Positions 10,700 to 22,239 of a stretch of DNA of 64,000 nt are shown one piece after another. Within the stretch, counting starts at the first letter, position 1. Every line of letters begins with the position of its first letter. A program made the position numbers and the translations under genes. Source of the stretch: Psammoneis japonica. Taxonomy: Eukaryota. The stretch lies in assembly GCA_008632985.1 (NCBI GenBank), contig QPGO01000036.1:334182-398181 (forward strand), read 5' to 3'. The notes beneath the pieces were generated by a model that made no database searches, was not told the DNA's origin, and worked only from the letters and a program-made list of their open reading frames with translations.

Positions 10700-11823
10700 T
10701 AGAAAGTTCATGGTTCCCTTTCCCGTGCCATTGGGTTGTCCTTGATTTTCCAAACACGTTTCAACTGCATAAATGAGAAAACCGTACATGCATCAGCATG
10801 TTCGAGGAGGAAATTTTGAGGGAAGAAGCGGTACAAAGGAGGGTGCATACCTTGTATGCTCCTGGAACCAAAGCATCGAAAGCATTAAGAAATCGCTTCG
10901 GGTGATGCTTAACAACGTAGTCTCGGGTGCTCTGATCAGTGTAGAACCTATATATCCATCCAGAAGTCTCCCACGTGTTCTTCAACTGCGCAAGATCGGG
11001 ATATCGGTCGGACGTGATTTCATCCCACCACGTCTGATGGACAATTCTTGGTATTCTTCCATGTCGTTGGATTCTATCATTGAGAGCTTTCTGTGGTGGC
11101 GGTCTTGAAACTGAAACCTCTACCTGTCCGTGTCAAGAATTGTCGAAAACAATTCCGCGGGAGAGGTCGTGTTCTTTAATCCCTTGATGTCGCGCATCAA
11201 AGACTTCACGTATTAATGGCGAGGAGAAACCGCAAACAGACAAAAGTCCAATTATCCTTGCCTGTTTTGGTTTGTTTCGAAGCTAGTTGCGAAGTGGACT
11301 GCGCGAATACCACCGCACCTCGAGCTATACATGGTTTGCTCTCTCTTCAAGCAAGATATGGCTGAGTTTTCATCTTCCGTTTCAGAGATATGAGTAAGAT
11401 ATCATACATGGTCTGCGACAAAACAGCCTCCGAACTGATACAGGCTGCAAAGGGCCCAAATAGATTCTATCTGAGTTTGAGGCGGATCTGTAGGCTTCAT
11501 CAAGACTTCTACCGAAGTGCGAAACCGTCCTCTGCATATCTTCCTTATCAAAGAGAATCACTTTACCAGATATCCCTCGCATTGGCTTGATCCACTCTGT
11601 AGGCTGGAGAATCACGTTCGGGATTCTGGATGGAAGTTTCAGCATAGGCCCCGAGTTGCGCGTGTTGTTGCGCCAGAGTGAGCACGATTCCTCCCACTCG
11701 TTAGCTTGGTATGTTAGATCATGCAGTGAATGTTCTCCTTGAGCAGCTTTTGTGAGTGTCTGTACTCTAGTGCCCCGTGCGAGAGACTATGACTCGACAT
11801 CAGAATCCCCAACGCTTGCCATC
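10700..11823 (-). pseudogene. Glycosyltransferase family 32 (OCH1-like, DXD sugar-binding) gene remnant or disrupted gene
   Basis: Translation around 11050-10850 gives IPRIVHQTWWDEITSDRYPDLAQLKNTWETSGWIYRFYTDQ...AFDALVPGAYK, followed by a GT..AG intron. The expected ADLFRY/DXD part does not follow, and the upstream frame MASVGDSDVES* has an early TAG. Confidence 0.6.
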
Positions 11824-12157
11824 GTGACTGTACAGTAGCTGTAGCTTTAGCAGCGTTTCGTCATAAACGCGAGAACGAACTTTCGAGTCCCCATATTCCA
11901 AACCGTCCACCTCGAAAAGGAATAAGGGGATCCAAATAATGTCCGATGATAAGCCAAGTATGAGAACGCAGAGGAACAGAAAGCGCGCAGGCGTTGTTTT
12001 CGAGAAGACCAGCGAAGCGAGAAAACCGAATCAGCAAAAAATGAGACAGACCACGGAATGATTTCCAATGTTGCTTCGCTTCCCTTCTCCGTTTGAACCG
12101 TCCGGTCGTTTTTTCATCTCATCGTCCTGTGTGTTTTCGAGCTACAGTATTTCCAAA

Positions 12158-12506
12158 TATGACATTTTAGAATGACTGTGGACATTTCAAGACGTAAACT
12201 CTTAGAATTTCTACAGGCTGAGAGTCAGACATCAGAAAGTTTCATGCAAGTGTCGAACCTCCACCGTGAACCTTAGTACAAATCTACGAGAGAGACATTC
12301 GAAGAGTGTCTATTTTCTTACGTGGTCCAGAAGGCATTGAGATCACTTCTCACGCAGATCACTTTTAGATTAGTTCAGCTCATAATTTCAACTAAGCACG
12401 AGTTAGTAAGACAACTCATTGCTGTTTTACTGGCTTTTAGTACCTTGTGCTGATTGTCAGCACTGCATTCTACAGACAGGACTTGTTTCCCAGGCAGAAT
12501 CCCACA
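12158..12506 (+). repeat. 5' LTR
   Basis: TATGACATTTTAGAATGACTGTGG...AGAATCCCACA; aligns with 26327-26688. Confidence 0.93.
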
Positions 12507-12521
12507 GGCGCTTCCTCTGCG
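12507..12521 (+). promoter_or_regulatory. Putative primer-binding site GGCGCTTCCTCTGCG
   Basis: Directly abuts the 5' LTR; its complement CGCAGAGGAAGCGCC resembles the D-arm of eukaryotic initiator tRNA-Met. Confidence 0.5.
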
Positions 12522-12579
12522 ACCTGCTTCGCAACTTCAGTTTCAAGTCAGCCATTGATCGAAACCAAGCCCTCTGACG

Positions 12580-14100
12580 ATGGTCAACACATGCACTTCC
12601 ATTGCATCATTGACATCTCCTGGGACTTCAGGAGCTCCAAAGACTGCTGGCATGACTGCTGGCTCTCCTGATGCTCCAGCTCCTGTCGGAGCTGCTGCTG
12701 CTCCAGCTCAAGCAGCCGCGCCGGCTCCACCGGTCCCACCAGCTCCTCCCGCAGGTGGTGGCGGAGGCAGTGGTGGAGGAGGTCCTGCAGGTGGTGGTGG
12801 CGGCACTCCACCAGTGCCTCCCATGCCTCCTGCTGCACCTGCTGCAGGACCAATCTTCGCACTGACCCCCCAGGCCAACACCGTCCTGATGATTGGATCG
12901 ACCAAGGTCTCAAATTGTGGCACGCGGCTGCTGCACCACTGCCCCACAAGTTCAACAGAGACTCTGAAGGTCTCAACAAGTTCTGTGAAGTTCTCAACAA
13001 ACAAGCAGCAGAGTCAGGATGGAAGTCGGGAATGGGAAACATCACTTTAATCCCAGACAGCAACGGCGCCAATCGTGACCCAATCACTGAGCATGGAAGA
13101 CTCTTGCCATTCAGAACATCTGGGATCATGCAACCGGATGCATGGGTGTCCAGTCCAGGCAAGCTCAGAACCAAGTCCAAATGGCTGAAGCGATCTCTCA
13201 TGTGCTCACTGCAGAAGCCAGAGACAAGATCATCGCCAAAAGCAAGCAATGCAAGATCAATGGCGCACAAGTTGGCACCCTGTTTTTCAAGCTGCTTGCC
13301 AGCTGCTTACCCAGAAGACCATTGTGGACACTTGTTTGACTGCAAACTGCTTCAAAAAGAACCTCTCTAGTCTGGACTCATGCATTCCAACCTGCAACTC
13401 CAACATCGAAGAGTTCAACAAGTGTGTCAAGCTCAACTGGGACAGTCTCAGAGCCAGGGGAGAAGGTTGCGATGACCTTGTTGTGAACTTGCTCAAGGGA
13501 TGCATTGCTGCTGGTGACCAAGCCCATGTCAAGTGCATGGCTGACATCAAGCAAAAGTGTGATGATGGTGAGGATTGCACCCCGGAGTGAGTCATGAAAC
13601 TGGCACTGGACAAGTGCACTAACCTGGATCGAGCGGCAAGTGGGGAGCTCTGTCACCCAAAGAAGAGAAGATCATCACTCTCTCCTCTGAGGTTGAGACC
13701 ATCAAGGATCCCAATCTCAAGCTCTCCAAGGCTCTCAAGAGTGGTCCCAACAAGTCCAAGGGAGGTGGTGGCAAGCAGAACTCCAAGAACAAGAGCAAGA
13801 ATCCAAAGCGTGCCAAGAAACAGGACGAAGCCTGGAAAAAGACTCCGCCAAAGGACGGTGACCCCACAAAGACTGTCAATGGACACAAGTGTCATCACAA
13901 GAGTCAAAAAGGACGTGACTGCTGTTGGTGCAAGCACCACTCCACTTGGGCAGCTCACTCACCAGACGATCCAGGAGAGACAAAGGCTGTGGACTGCACA
14001 AAGCTCAAGAATCCGAGAGTGGGTCATCCAACCCCAACAAGAAGGTGTCCCACGCCAATGCTCTGGCATCTGTCATTGAAGACCTCGAGTCCAAGGAATG
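12580..14100 (+). pseudogene. Copia gag remnant
   Basis: Pro/Gly/Ala-rich N-terminus, then DDLVVNLLKGCIAAGDQ...KQKCDDGED (CoDi-type gag with Y->C changes); frameshifted. Confidence 0.75.
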
Positions 14101-14449
14101 ACCAGTCTGGGAAGCTTTCCAGACACGGGCTTTCTGCATGAAGGTGGTCCTCATGACGCTCACAATTGCCCCAGTCATCACGAGCTTCATGGATGCTGTG
14201 GCTCCACTGCTGTCGATCACAATGTTCAATTCACTCAACCTGCAGGAGAAGAAGTGGAAACACACATCTAAGTCAACAATGATGTTGGGCGAGTGGATCA
14301 TTTTGCAAATCCCAGCTGATGGTGTGACTGGCAGACACAAACCATGATGGAACAAGAGTCAGCACTCACCGAGATGTGTCACTCCCAAGAAGAAGGGCCA
14401 TCCTTCTTGAGCAGCCTGCAAGAAGGCTCAACGCAAGATCACCTTTCAC

Positions 14450-16532
14450 AAGATGGTCTGCACCAATGCCTTTGCCATCACAATGCCATTCAAACAAGAG
14501 CCAAGAATGGAGCCAGCATCCTGCGACTCTGACTCCTTCATCATTGGTGTCAACAACCACGCAACCTGCACAATGTCAAATGACAGATCACATTTTGTTG
14601 GCAACCCACGTCCCACAAACAAGCAGATCAAAGGAGCAGGTGGATGGTTGGACACAGAAGAAGAAGGTGCTCTCAAGTGGTGCATTGAGGATGACAATGG
14701 GGACAGATGCATGCCATCACAACATGCAACGCATTGTGCATCCCGCACTTGCTGATTTGCCTGCTCTGCCCCCAGCAGTGGAGTCAGCAAGCACAGAATC
14801 ATCATCCTGAACCACACGGGATGACTTCCTGGAACCAAGACGACGGTCTCCAGCTCATGTGGGATCAAAGGAAGTGCAAAAGGCTGGTCCCTTGGACCAA
14901 CAACTCCAGCATTGCATGCTTCCATTCCGCACCCGGTGCCACCAACTGTCAGGCATTCGCCGCCACAGTTGATGCTGAAGACAACATCAAAACTGTCGAG
15001 CACACAGCCTTGCAAGATGCACGTGACACCTCCAGACAACAAAGTGACTCAGAGTCCTTGGACACTGTGAATGAGAAAGACACCTTCACAAGTCCTGACA
15101 AGACAGGCACTGACGAGACCCCAGGTGCATGCAACAATGTTGATGAGGATGTGCCACCATTGTTCAAACCAACAGATGTTGCACACAGATCCGACTCACC
15201 TGTTGAGAACCTCAAGGATCTGGCAACCCCAGATGTCCAATGTTAGATCAAAGATCCCATCAACATTGTCCCTGTCAATGAAGCCCTTGCGGCCACTGAC
15301 AACCAAGGTGAATTGTTGCATTGTGGCACTGTTGCCTTGGACACCAATCGCTCAAAATGATCAAGCTCCTGGCTGCCTTGGGTGTCCTTCTGAGACGCCT
15401 CCCAAAGGTGAAAGACCCAAAATGTGCCAGCTGCCTCTGCGGCACCATGACCAAATGCCCTTGGCATGCCAAGTCCAAATGCAAGTCAAACACACATGTC
15501 ACTGCAAAGACAGGGGAGGTTGTCTCTGTGGATCAGCTTGAAAGCTCAACTCCAGGATTCATCCCACAACTCAAAGGGAGACCTGCCAAACAGAGATGCA
15601 GAACAGCAACAGTGTTTGTGGATCACCACTTGAAACTGGGACATGTGTTCCTGCAATGTTCACTCACCTCCAACGAAACCCTGAAGGCCAAGCATGCATT
15701 CAAGGCCTTTGCGAGACAACATCATGTGCAAATCAAACACTGCCATGCTGACAATGGCCAATTTGCAGACAACGCTTTCATGCAAGATGTTGAAAGACAA
15801 GGTCAGACTGTGTCACATTGCAGCATCAATGCCCACTTCCAAAACAGCATTGCAGAAAAACGAATCTGAGACCTGCAAGAACAGACACACAAGCAGCTGC
15901 TGCATGTGAAAGCAAGATGGCCAATGGCTGTTGAGATCAATCTCTGGCCAAGTGTGTCACACAACTCCAACAAGATCAAGAACAACTCACCTGGTGACCA
16001 ACCCAGTGGCAGGTCTCCAATTGAACGATTTGCCTCCATCAAGGTTGCTCCCAATCTCAAGCAAAACCACACTTTTGGATGCCCCATCTGCATGCTGGAC
16101 AACCAGCTGCAGAGTGGACAGAGAGTGCCTGAGTGGTGGTCAAGAGCAAGGTCAGAAATCAACTTGGGACCATCACCAAGACAAGCTGGTTCAGTGAACC
16201 CAGCACTCAACCTCAAGACTGGACTCACCTCACCACAGCTCCACGTTCAATTTGACAACTTCTTCAAAATGGCACACCCTTCAGCAGGGAATCCTGCTTT
16301 CTTGCAATGGCAAACTGCGCCAGGCCTGAAGAAGCAAAAGGGTTTGAGATTCAACACATTCAAGCCCCAAAGGGAGGCAAGGGAGCCTTGCTCTGCTGCG
16401 CCGGTGCAGAACACTTCAGCACCGGAACCTGACGTTCCAAGACAACTCAAAGACGAAAATTTTCCAACTGCAGACAATGAAACGTTTGAGCCAGTGGAAG
16501 ATGTGCCTGCTCAAGACACTCAAGAGGCAACA
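14450..16532 (+). pseudogene. Copia protease/integrase remnant
   Basis: WHCCLGH and CASC zinc finger, VSVDQLESSTPG, FVDHH, HCHADNGQFADNAF (canonical HYHADNGRF), AHFQNSIAEKRI, HTFGCP. Confidence 0.92.
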
Positions 16533-18866
16533 CATCAGAGCATGCAATGCAGTGATCAGACCGACTTTCTTACAGCAAATTTTTTAATCTGTCACAGTTA
16601 AAAATTTTGTGGTTTCAAACCTCATCAGTTGTGCATGTGGTGACAATTCATTGACTGCGAAAGACAAACTTTGTTGCTGTGGAGCCCACAACTGTCCTGT
16701 GAGGCAACACCATTCACTGTGAGACATCCAACCATTTTCCCTGTGAGAGTGCCTGCCCTCCATTCCCACAAAACCTGCAATTTAAAATCATTTGCATTGT
16801 GCACATTCCACTTTGTTGTTTGCATTTGATTTGAATGATGCAGATGGAGACAACACCATGATGCCCAAGGCTTGCCATCCAGAGACACAAGCCCAGTGGA
16901 GATGCCACTGACAGCACTCCAGTCGGCACCAGCGTGGGAGTTAAATGGCATCACTGCCCTCCACGGTCCACCAAGGCTTGCACTCGTGGACGCAGGTCAA
17001 CATGTGCACCCAGCACCGCTGATTCTGGAACAGGCATGTCAGCAGCAGGAGCTGCTGCTGTTTTGTTGTTTGAAGTGCCATTGCTCCACTCTGCCTCATT
17101 CATTGCCAAAAAGAGCAAAACACATTGTGAGAGCATTGCACAGATGAACCAACATAACCCACAGGAATGGCAACATGGACACACCAGTGCATCTGACGCC
17201 GCTGACTCTGGAGCAGGCAAGTTTGCAGCAGAAGTGCTGTTGCTCCTCTGATCCACCTCATCCATTGCCAAAAAGTGCAGAGCACATTGTGAGAGCACAA
17301 TGTAGATGAACTAACATGCACCACAACACACACTTGCCGGTGTGTCAGTGCATCTGGCGCCGCTGATTCTGGATCAACACAGATGCCAGTGTGCGGTGTG
17401 AGACGTGGAGCCCCCAGCTCCACCCCTGCAACTCAAAGAAAACACAGAAAGAAAGCATGTGAGCAAACAAAAAAATCTCAAGTGCCACAGAACACACTCA
17501 CTGGAACAGCTGTGGGAACAAGCACTGCCTGCATGTGCGCCACACTGCACAAGGCGCTGCACCAACAACAAAGTCATGCAGCAATGACTGAGTTTGCCCC
17601 GCACCTCCCATGCTGCAGATGGTTCATCAATGGCATGTTTAGAGCATGGACCACAAACAGCAGAAAGACTTGGGAAGACTTCAAAAATGAGCCCAACAAC
17701 TCAGGCAACCTCCAATGGGTTGCCTCCCCACTCTCTGCCTCTGCAGTCTTTCTGGATCTGGACACAGAAATTGGAGAAGACGGATGTGAAGCAAGTGAAC
17801 ACATCAAAAACAAATGAAGCTCTTTTTGTGCATGCCTTTTTTGAAGAGTGTCACATGTGGCAAAGAACTTTTCATGCATGTCATTCTGAGAGCTGCAGGA
17901 ACAAGCACCGCCTGCAGTCTTTCTGGATCTGGGTGCAGAAATTGGAGAAGACAGATGTGTTGCCAGCGAATGTGTCAAAAACCAATGAACCTCTTTTTGC
18001 ACATGCCTTGTTTGAACAGTGTAATTTGTGGCAACTCATGACAATTCTGGGTGCAAAACTCTGACACACGCGATCATGCCAACACTGCAGAAAAGCAAGT
18101 TTGTGATGCACATGCACACAACACACAACAACACGCCAGCAGCTCAGCATTCTGGACGCAGCAGATTTGTGACAGCACACTCGCGATCATGAAATTCAAG
18201 CTGCACCCCCAAAAAAAAAATCCCATCTTGACCAACCAGAAGGACAGCAGGTTTCACCATGCATTGAGCTGCTGTCATCGGCCAATGGGGCAAAGTCTTT
18301 CACCGCCATGGCCAGTTGTTGATTTGCAGATTTGCGACCACACGCAGGATCCACGTGAATCACAACAGTGCATGCTCTTGTTTTTCAAACTTTGGGGAGA
18401 GGGTGTGCTGTCACAATGTGTGCAGAAAATTGCACATTTAAAAAATGTGCTGAAAATGCCGTGTGTCAATGGGCTGTGCAAATCTGGGAAACATGAAGAA
18501 AAATGAAGGTGGGTCAAGTGTGTGCATGAAGTGCTGCAGACTGCACACTGCAAAGACACATGCACGTGAGTGAGGAGGACAACATCAAAGCCAAGTTCAA
18601 ATTGATGATGTGGCAAAGTGTGCAGAAAATTGCGCATGCAAAACACACACTGAAAACACCGTAGACCAACAGGCTGCACAAATCTGGGAAACATGAAGAA
18701 AAATGAAGGTGGGTCACGTGCGTGCGTGAAGTGCTGCAGACTGCACACACGTGCAAAGACACACACACGTGAGTGAGGAGGACAAAGTTAAAACCAAGTT
18801 CAAATTGGCTGCGATTTAAAGGAAACTAAACCATGCATCACAAAAATGGATTTTGACCCCAATTAA
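16533..18866 (+). mobile_element. Non-autonomous TIR element family 'CATCAGAG', copy A (right end missing)
   Basis: Begins CATCAGAGCATGCAATGCAGTG; colinear with 22240-24461 and 59875-62186; breaks off at CCCAATTAA. Confidence 0.88.
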
Positions 18867-19993
18867 GGCACAACAACAGCCCCTTACTTTCCCAACATTC
18901 CCATTTGCCCCTTTCCCCTTTCATCCCGCAATTCCCGGGTGCACCCGTGGATCCCGTGTTAATACATGAATAAAAAATAATACATTGGAAATTCCCCGTG
19001 CTTCCCCTCTCGTACATTTCTACGCGTTCTCTACGTATGAGCTAGACAATCGACCGACCGCAACAAAAATGGGCAACACGCCATGGCGCGTTCGCATCCC
19101 ATTTATGACGGCTGTTGTCTATCAATCACGACACCGTTCAATGTATTCGATAATATCGATTGAACGGGATCTATAGCATAAAATATAAGATGAAATATGA
19201 TTGCACATGTGCAGAACACCAGTGCAATTGATCGTTGGGCGTCAGTTGTTTTTTTGTTGTGCAATCACAAATGTAAGCCATAAAGCGTACAGTAAAGGCC
19301 AAGGCAAAAGTAGAACCACATATAGCTAATAATAATAATGTGGCGGATTGAATAGTCACCCTCATTCTTCCAATATACACATCTTATGTGCAGAATGAAG
19401 GGGATCGTTTAGATCACTCTTTTGTCGTCCATTCCAGAAAGGCAAGCCATGAGGCGTCTAGTGTGAAGGATAAGGCAAAAGTAGAATCGCATATGGTTAA
19501 TAAAAATATGGCGGATTGATTGATAATGTTTCTTCTTCCCTTTGACCTATCTGATGTACAGAATACGGTGTATCATTTATTCCTTCTTGTGTCGTGTGGT
19601 CACAAATGCAAACCACAACGGCTCTAGAGCAAAGGCTAAGGCAAAAATAGAGCCACATGTGAGCAATGTTAATATGTATGATTTAATGGTAAAGTTTATT
19701 CTTCCCTTACTCTACCATAAGGGGCCGCTTTGTGTCGATTTGCATCCGTCATGGTCGTGCATCGTTTTTTCCGCGCGCCGGTCGCCATGAGAATAAAAGC
19801 ACACCCGCCTGTCTATAATTACCGTACATTACCGCATTCCATTCGTTTTTTGTTCCCCTCCCCTGAGCCCTTTTAGTCGTTCCTTCCCGCTAAATTACCC
19901 TCATTTCCCGGGCATTCCCCAAAAGGGCAAGGTAATTCCCCCTTACCCTTGCCATTTTGGGGAATCCCCAAACGGATAAAACCAAACTGAGCC
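18867..19993. mobile_element. TA-intact 1.1-kb insertion, probably a younger non-autonomous element, with three ~170-bp diverged internal repeats
   Basis: Abrupt return of TA dinucleotides. AAGGCAAAAGTAGAA-type repeats at ~19300, 19472 and 19638. Ends (AA)GGCACA ... TGAGCC(TT) form a short imperfect inverted pair. Confidence 0.55.
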
Positions 19994-20004
19994 TTGCAAC
20001 GCTC

Positions 20005-20520
20005 AACCGCCATTTTCAAAGTGTCCCTGGGATTCCTCCAAAAGCTCTCAATGCCCTCAGCATGCAGCTGTTGTGATGGTTGATTGCACGAGGGTGTCCT
20101 TTCACTCTGGAGGAGTTGGGTGCCTCCTCAGCTCTCAATCTTCTGGTGTGGACAAGTGACTGGGGGCCACAGCGGCACAAGAGTGGCCATTCTCAAAGCA
20201 GTGTTCCCTGGGTTCCATCAAAGACCCTCAATGCCATCAGCCTGGGGTTGTTGTTTTGGTTGGAGGCATCAGGGTGTCCTTTCACTCTGGAGTTGGGGGC
20301 CTCAGCACTCACTCTTCTGGTGGTGACAAAGTGACTGCTGGCCACAAATGTGCCAGATGACCCTTGCAACACTCCTCAGCTGCAGCTGTCACAGCATTGC
20401 CATGAGGTTTTGCCAGAGACCCTCAATGCCCTGCTTGGCCCACAGTTGTTGCACACACATTGGTTGGCTGCATCAGGGTGTTCTTTGTTCACTCTGGAGT
20501 GTGCCCTCTGGCACCATGGC
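20005..20520. repeat. 2-3 diverged ~180-bp tandem units, distantly similar to the 42.5-46.9 kb satellite
   Basis: Repeated TCAAAG..GT(G)TCCCTGGG..CC..AAAG..CTCAATGCC...GGGTGTCCTTTCACTCTGGAG(GAG)TTGGG...AAGTGACTG. Confidence 0.7.
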
Positions 20521-20599
20521 TGTTTTGCACAGAAGTCTGTGCAGAAATGTTTTTTGCACATGCAGAAACATGCTGGAATCTGCAAGAGCACCAGAGCAC

Positions 20600-21345
20600 A
20601 TCACTCACATGCAACTCCTCTGGTGGAGCTCATGCAGGGTGATGCGGGTGTCAGTCTCACATTGGATGCAGCCTCTCTGCTGAGGGGTGTGCAAACTCAT
20701 CTTGCCATGTCAGAAAGTGCGTTCATGGAATGACATGCTCAAAGCATTTGACGCTGAAGTTGTTTTGGCTCTGGCACCCAAGGGCATGGGCTGTGTGATT
20801 GGCAAGGCAGAAGCAATGATCAGGAGCCTTGGAGACAGCAATGATGGCTTTTTGCTTCAGCAACTCAATCACCCAAACAATCCAAAGAAAGGAAAGGTCC
20901 ATCGGGAAACAATTGGTCCTGAAATTTGGGAGTGTGCAGATGGCAAGGCAGGTGTTTTGGTGGTTTTTTTCAGCAAAAGAGGAGCTTCTGTTGTGGGGTG
21001 CAGTCAGCGCTTGAAGCCACTCAACCCGGCTCTTCAAATTGCAGCTGTGGAGCCAATGAAGTCAGCTGTTCTCAGCCATGGCAAGCCCAGCCCACACAAG
21101 ATTCAAGGTGCAGTCATCCAAGTGTTGGACAAAGGTGCTGCAGCCATGGCCAGGATGCTGGCCACCAATGAGGGACTCTTTTGTTGAATTCCCAGTGAAG
21201 TGGCTGCAAGCAACAGCAGCCACTGATGTTGCCAAGCATCCTGAAAACAAGGGGAAGAGTGTGATTGTGGTGATTCCCATTTTTAGAGAATGCCACCTCA
21301 GCATGGCTCTGTTTCACAATGTGTGGGATGAAGCTGTGTTGCACT
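20600..21345 (+). pseudogene. cysK: Cysteine synthase (O-acetylserine thiol-lyase) pseudogene
   Basis: LKAFDAEVVL, LLQQLNHPNNPK..VHRETIGPEIW, AVEPMKSAVLSHGKPSPHKIQG, AMARMLATNEGLF, AKHPENKGKSVIVVIPIFRECHLSMALF; frameshifts and a deletion. Confidence 0.9.
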
Positions 21346-22239
21346 CAAGGCAGGCATTTCTTGTGCACACCAGCGGCAGTCCAGATTGAACTGGTCATTG
21401 CAAGCTGCCACAAGCAAAAGGATGAGAAACATGAGACCACCCTGGTGTTCACCAGCAGTGATCCCCTGGCATCTCATCTCTTGAGCATCTTCCAACAGCA
21501 TTGCCTTGTTTTCCAGGCCTCAAAGCCATTTGCTGGTTGGAGATTGCAACAGTCAAGAAGATTAAAATTGACAATGGTTCTCATGGCCAGACACAAGACA
21601 CTTCTTGCAAATGTCAGCACTTGGGGAACTCAACATGCGTGAAGGATGCTTCATCTGTGAACAAAGAGGAACCAAATCTCAACCTTTGACAATGGAGGTC
21701 ATCATGAATTGCTGTCACAAATGGAGCAATGATGCCACACCCTTGGAGCAAATCTCCAACGGCAAAGATTTGCTCCCAACAAGTGAATGCACGTGGCATG
21801 CTTCGCGCAGATTGCACGTGACACATGACATTTTCATGCTGTGTTGATTGCATTGTCATGAAGGTGCATGAGATTTGCTCCCCTGGTGGTTGAAGGATTG
21901 ACAGCAACAAAAATTTCAGCTTGCATCTTCTCCCAAAAACTTTGTTTTCCATCACCTCTTTCTTCCCACAATTTTTCATTGTTGCAACAGCTGCTGATCC
22001 ATGATGAACAAATTTGGAGTCACCACAGCTCCCCTTTGGTGGACCCAGCCACCAGCAGTGTTTCTGTTCATTCCTTTGCTCCTTTGCTTGGCTTGTGGTG
22101 TGCTCTAGAAACTTTTGGTTTCTGACATCCAAGTCTTCTCCAGAGTTTTTGCAGAACCCTGCTTTGAACATTGAATGTTCTCAAATCAGCAACTCACTTG
22201 TGGAGCAACTGCTGCGATGGCATGGATTCACCGCCGGTG

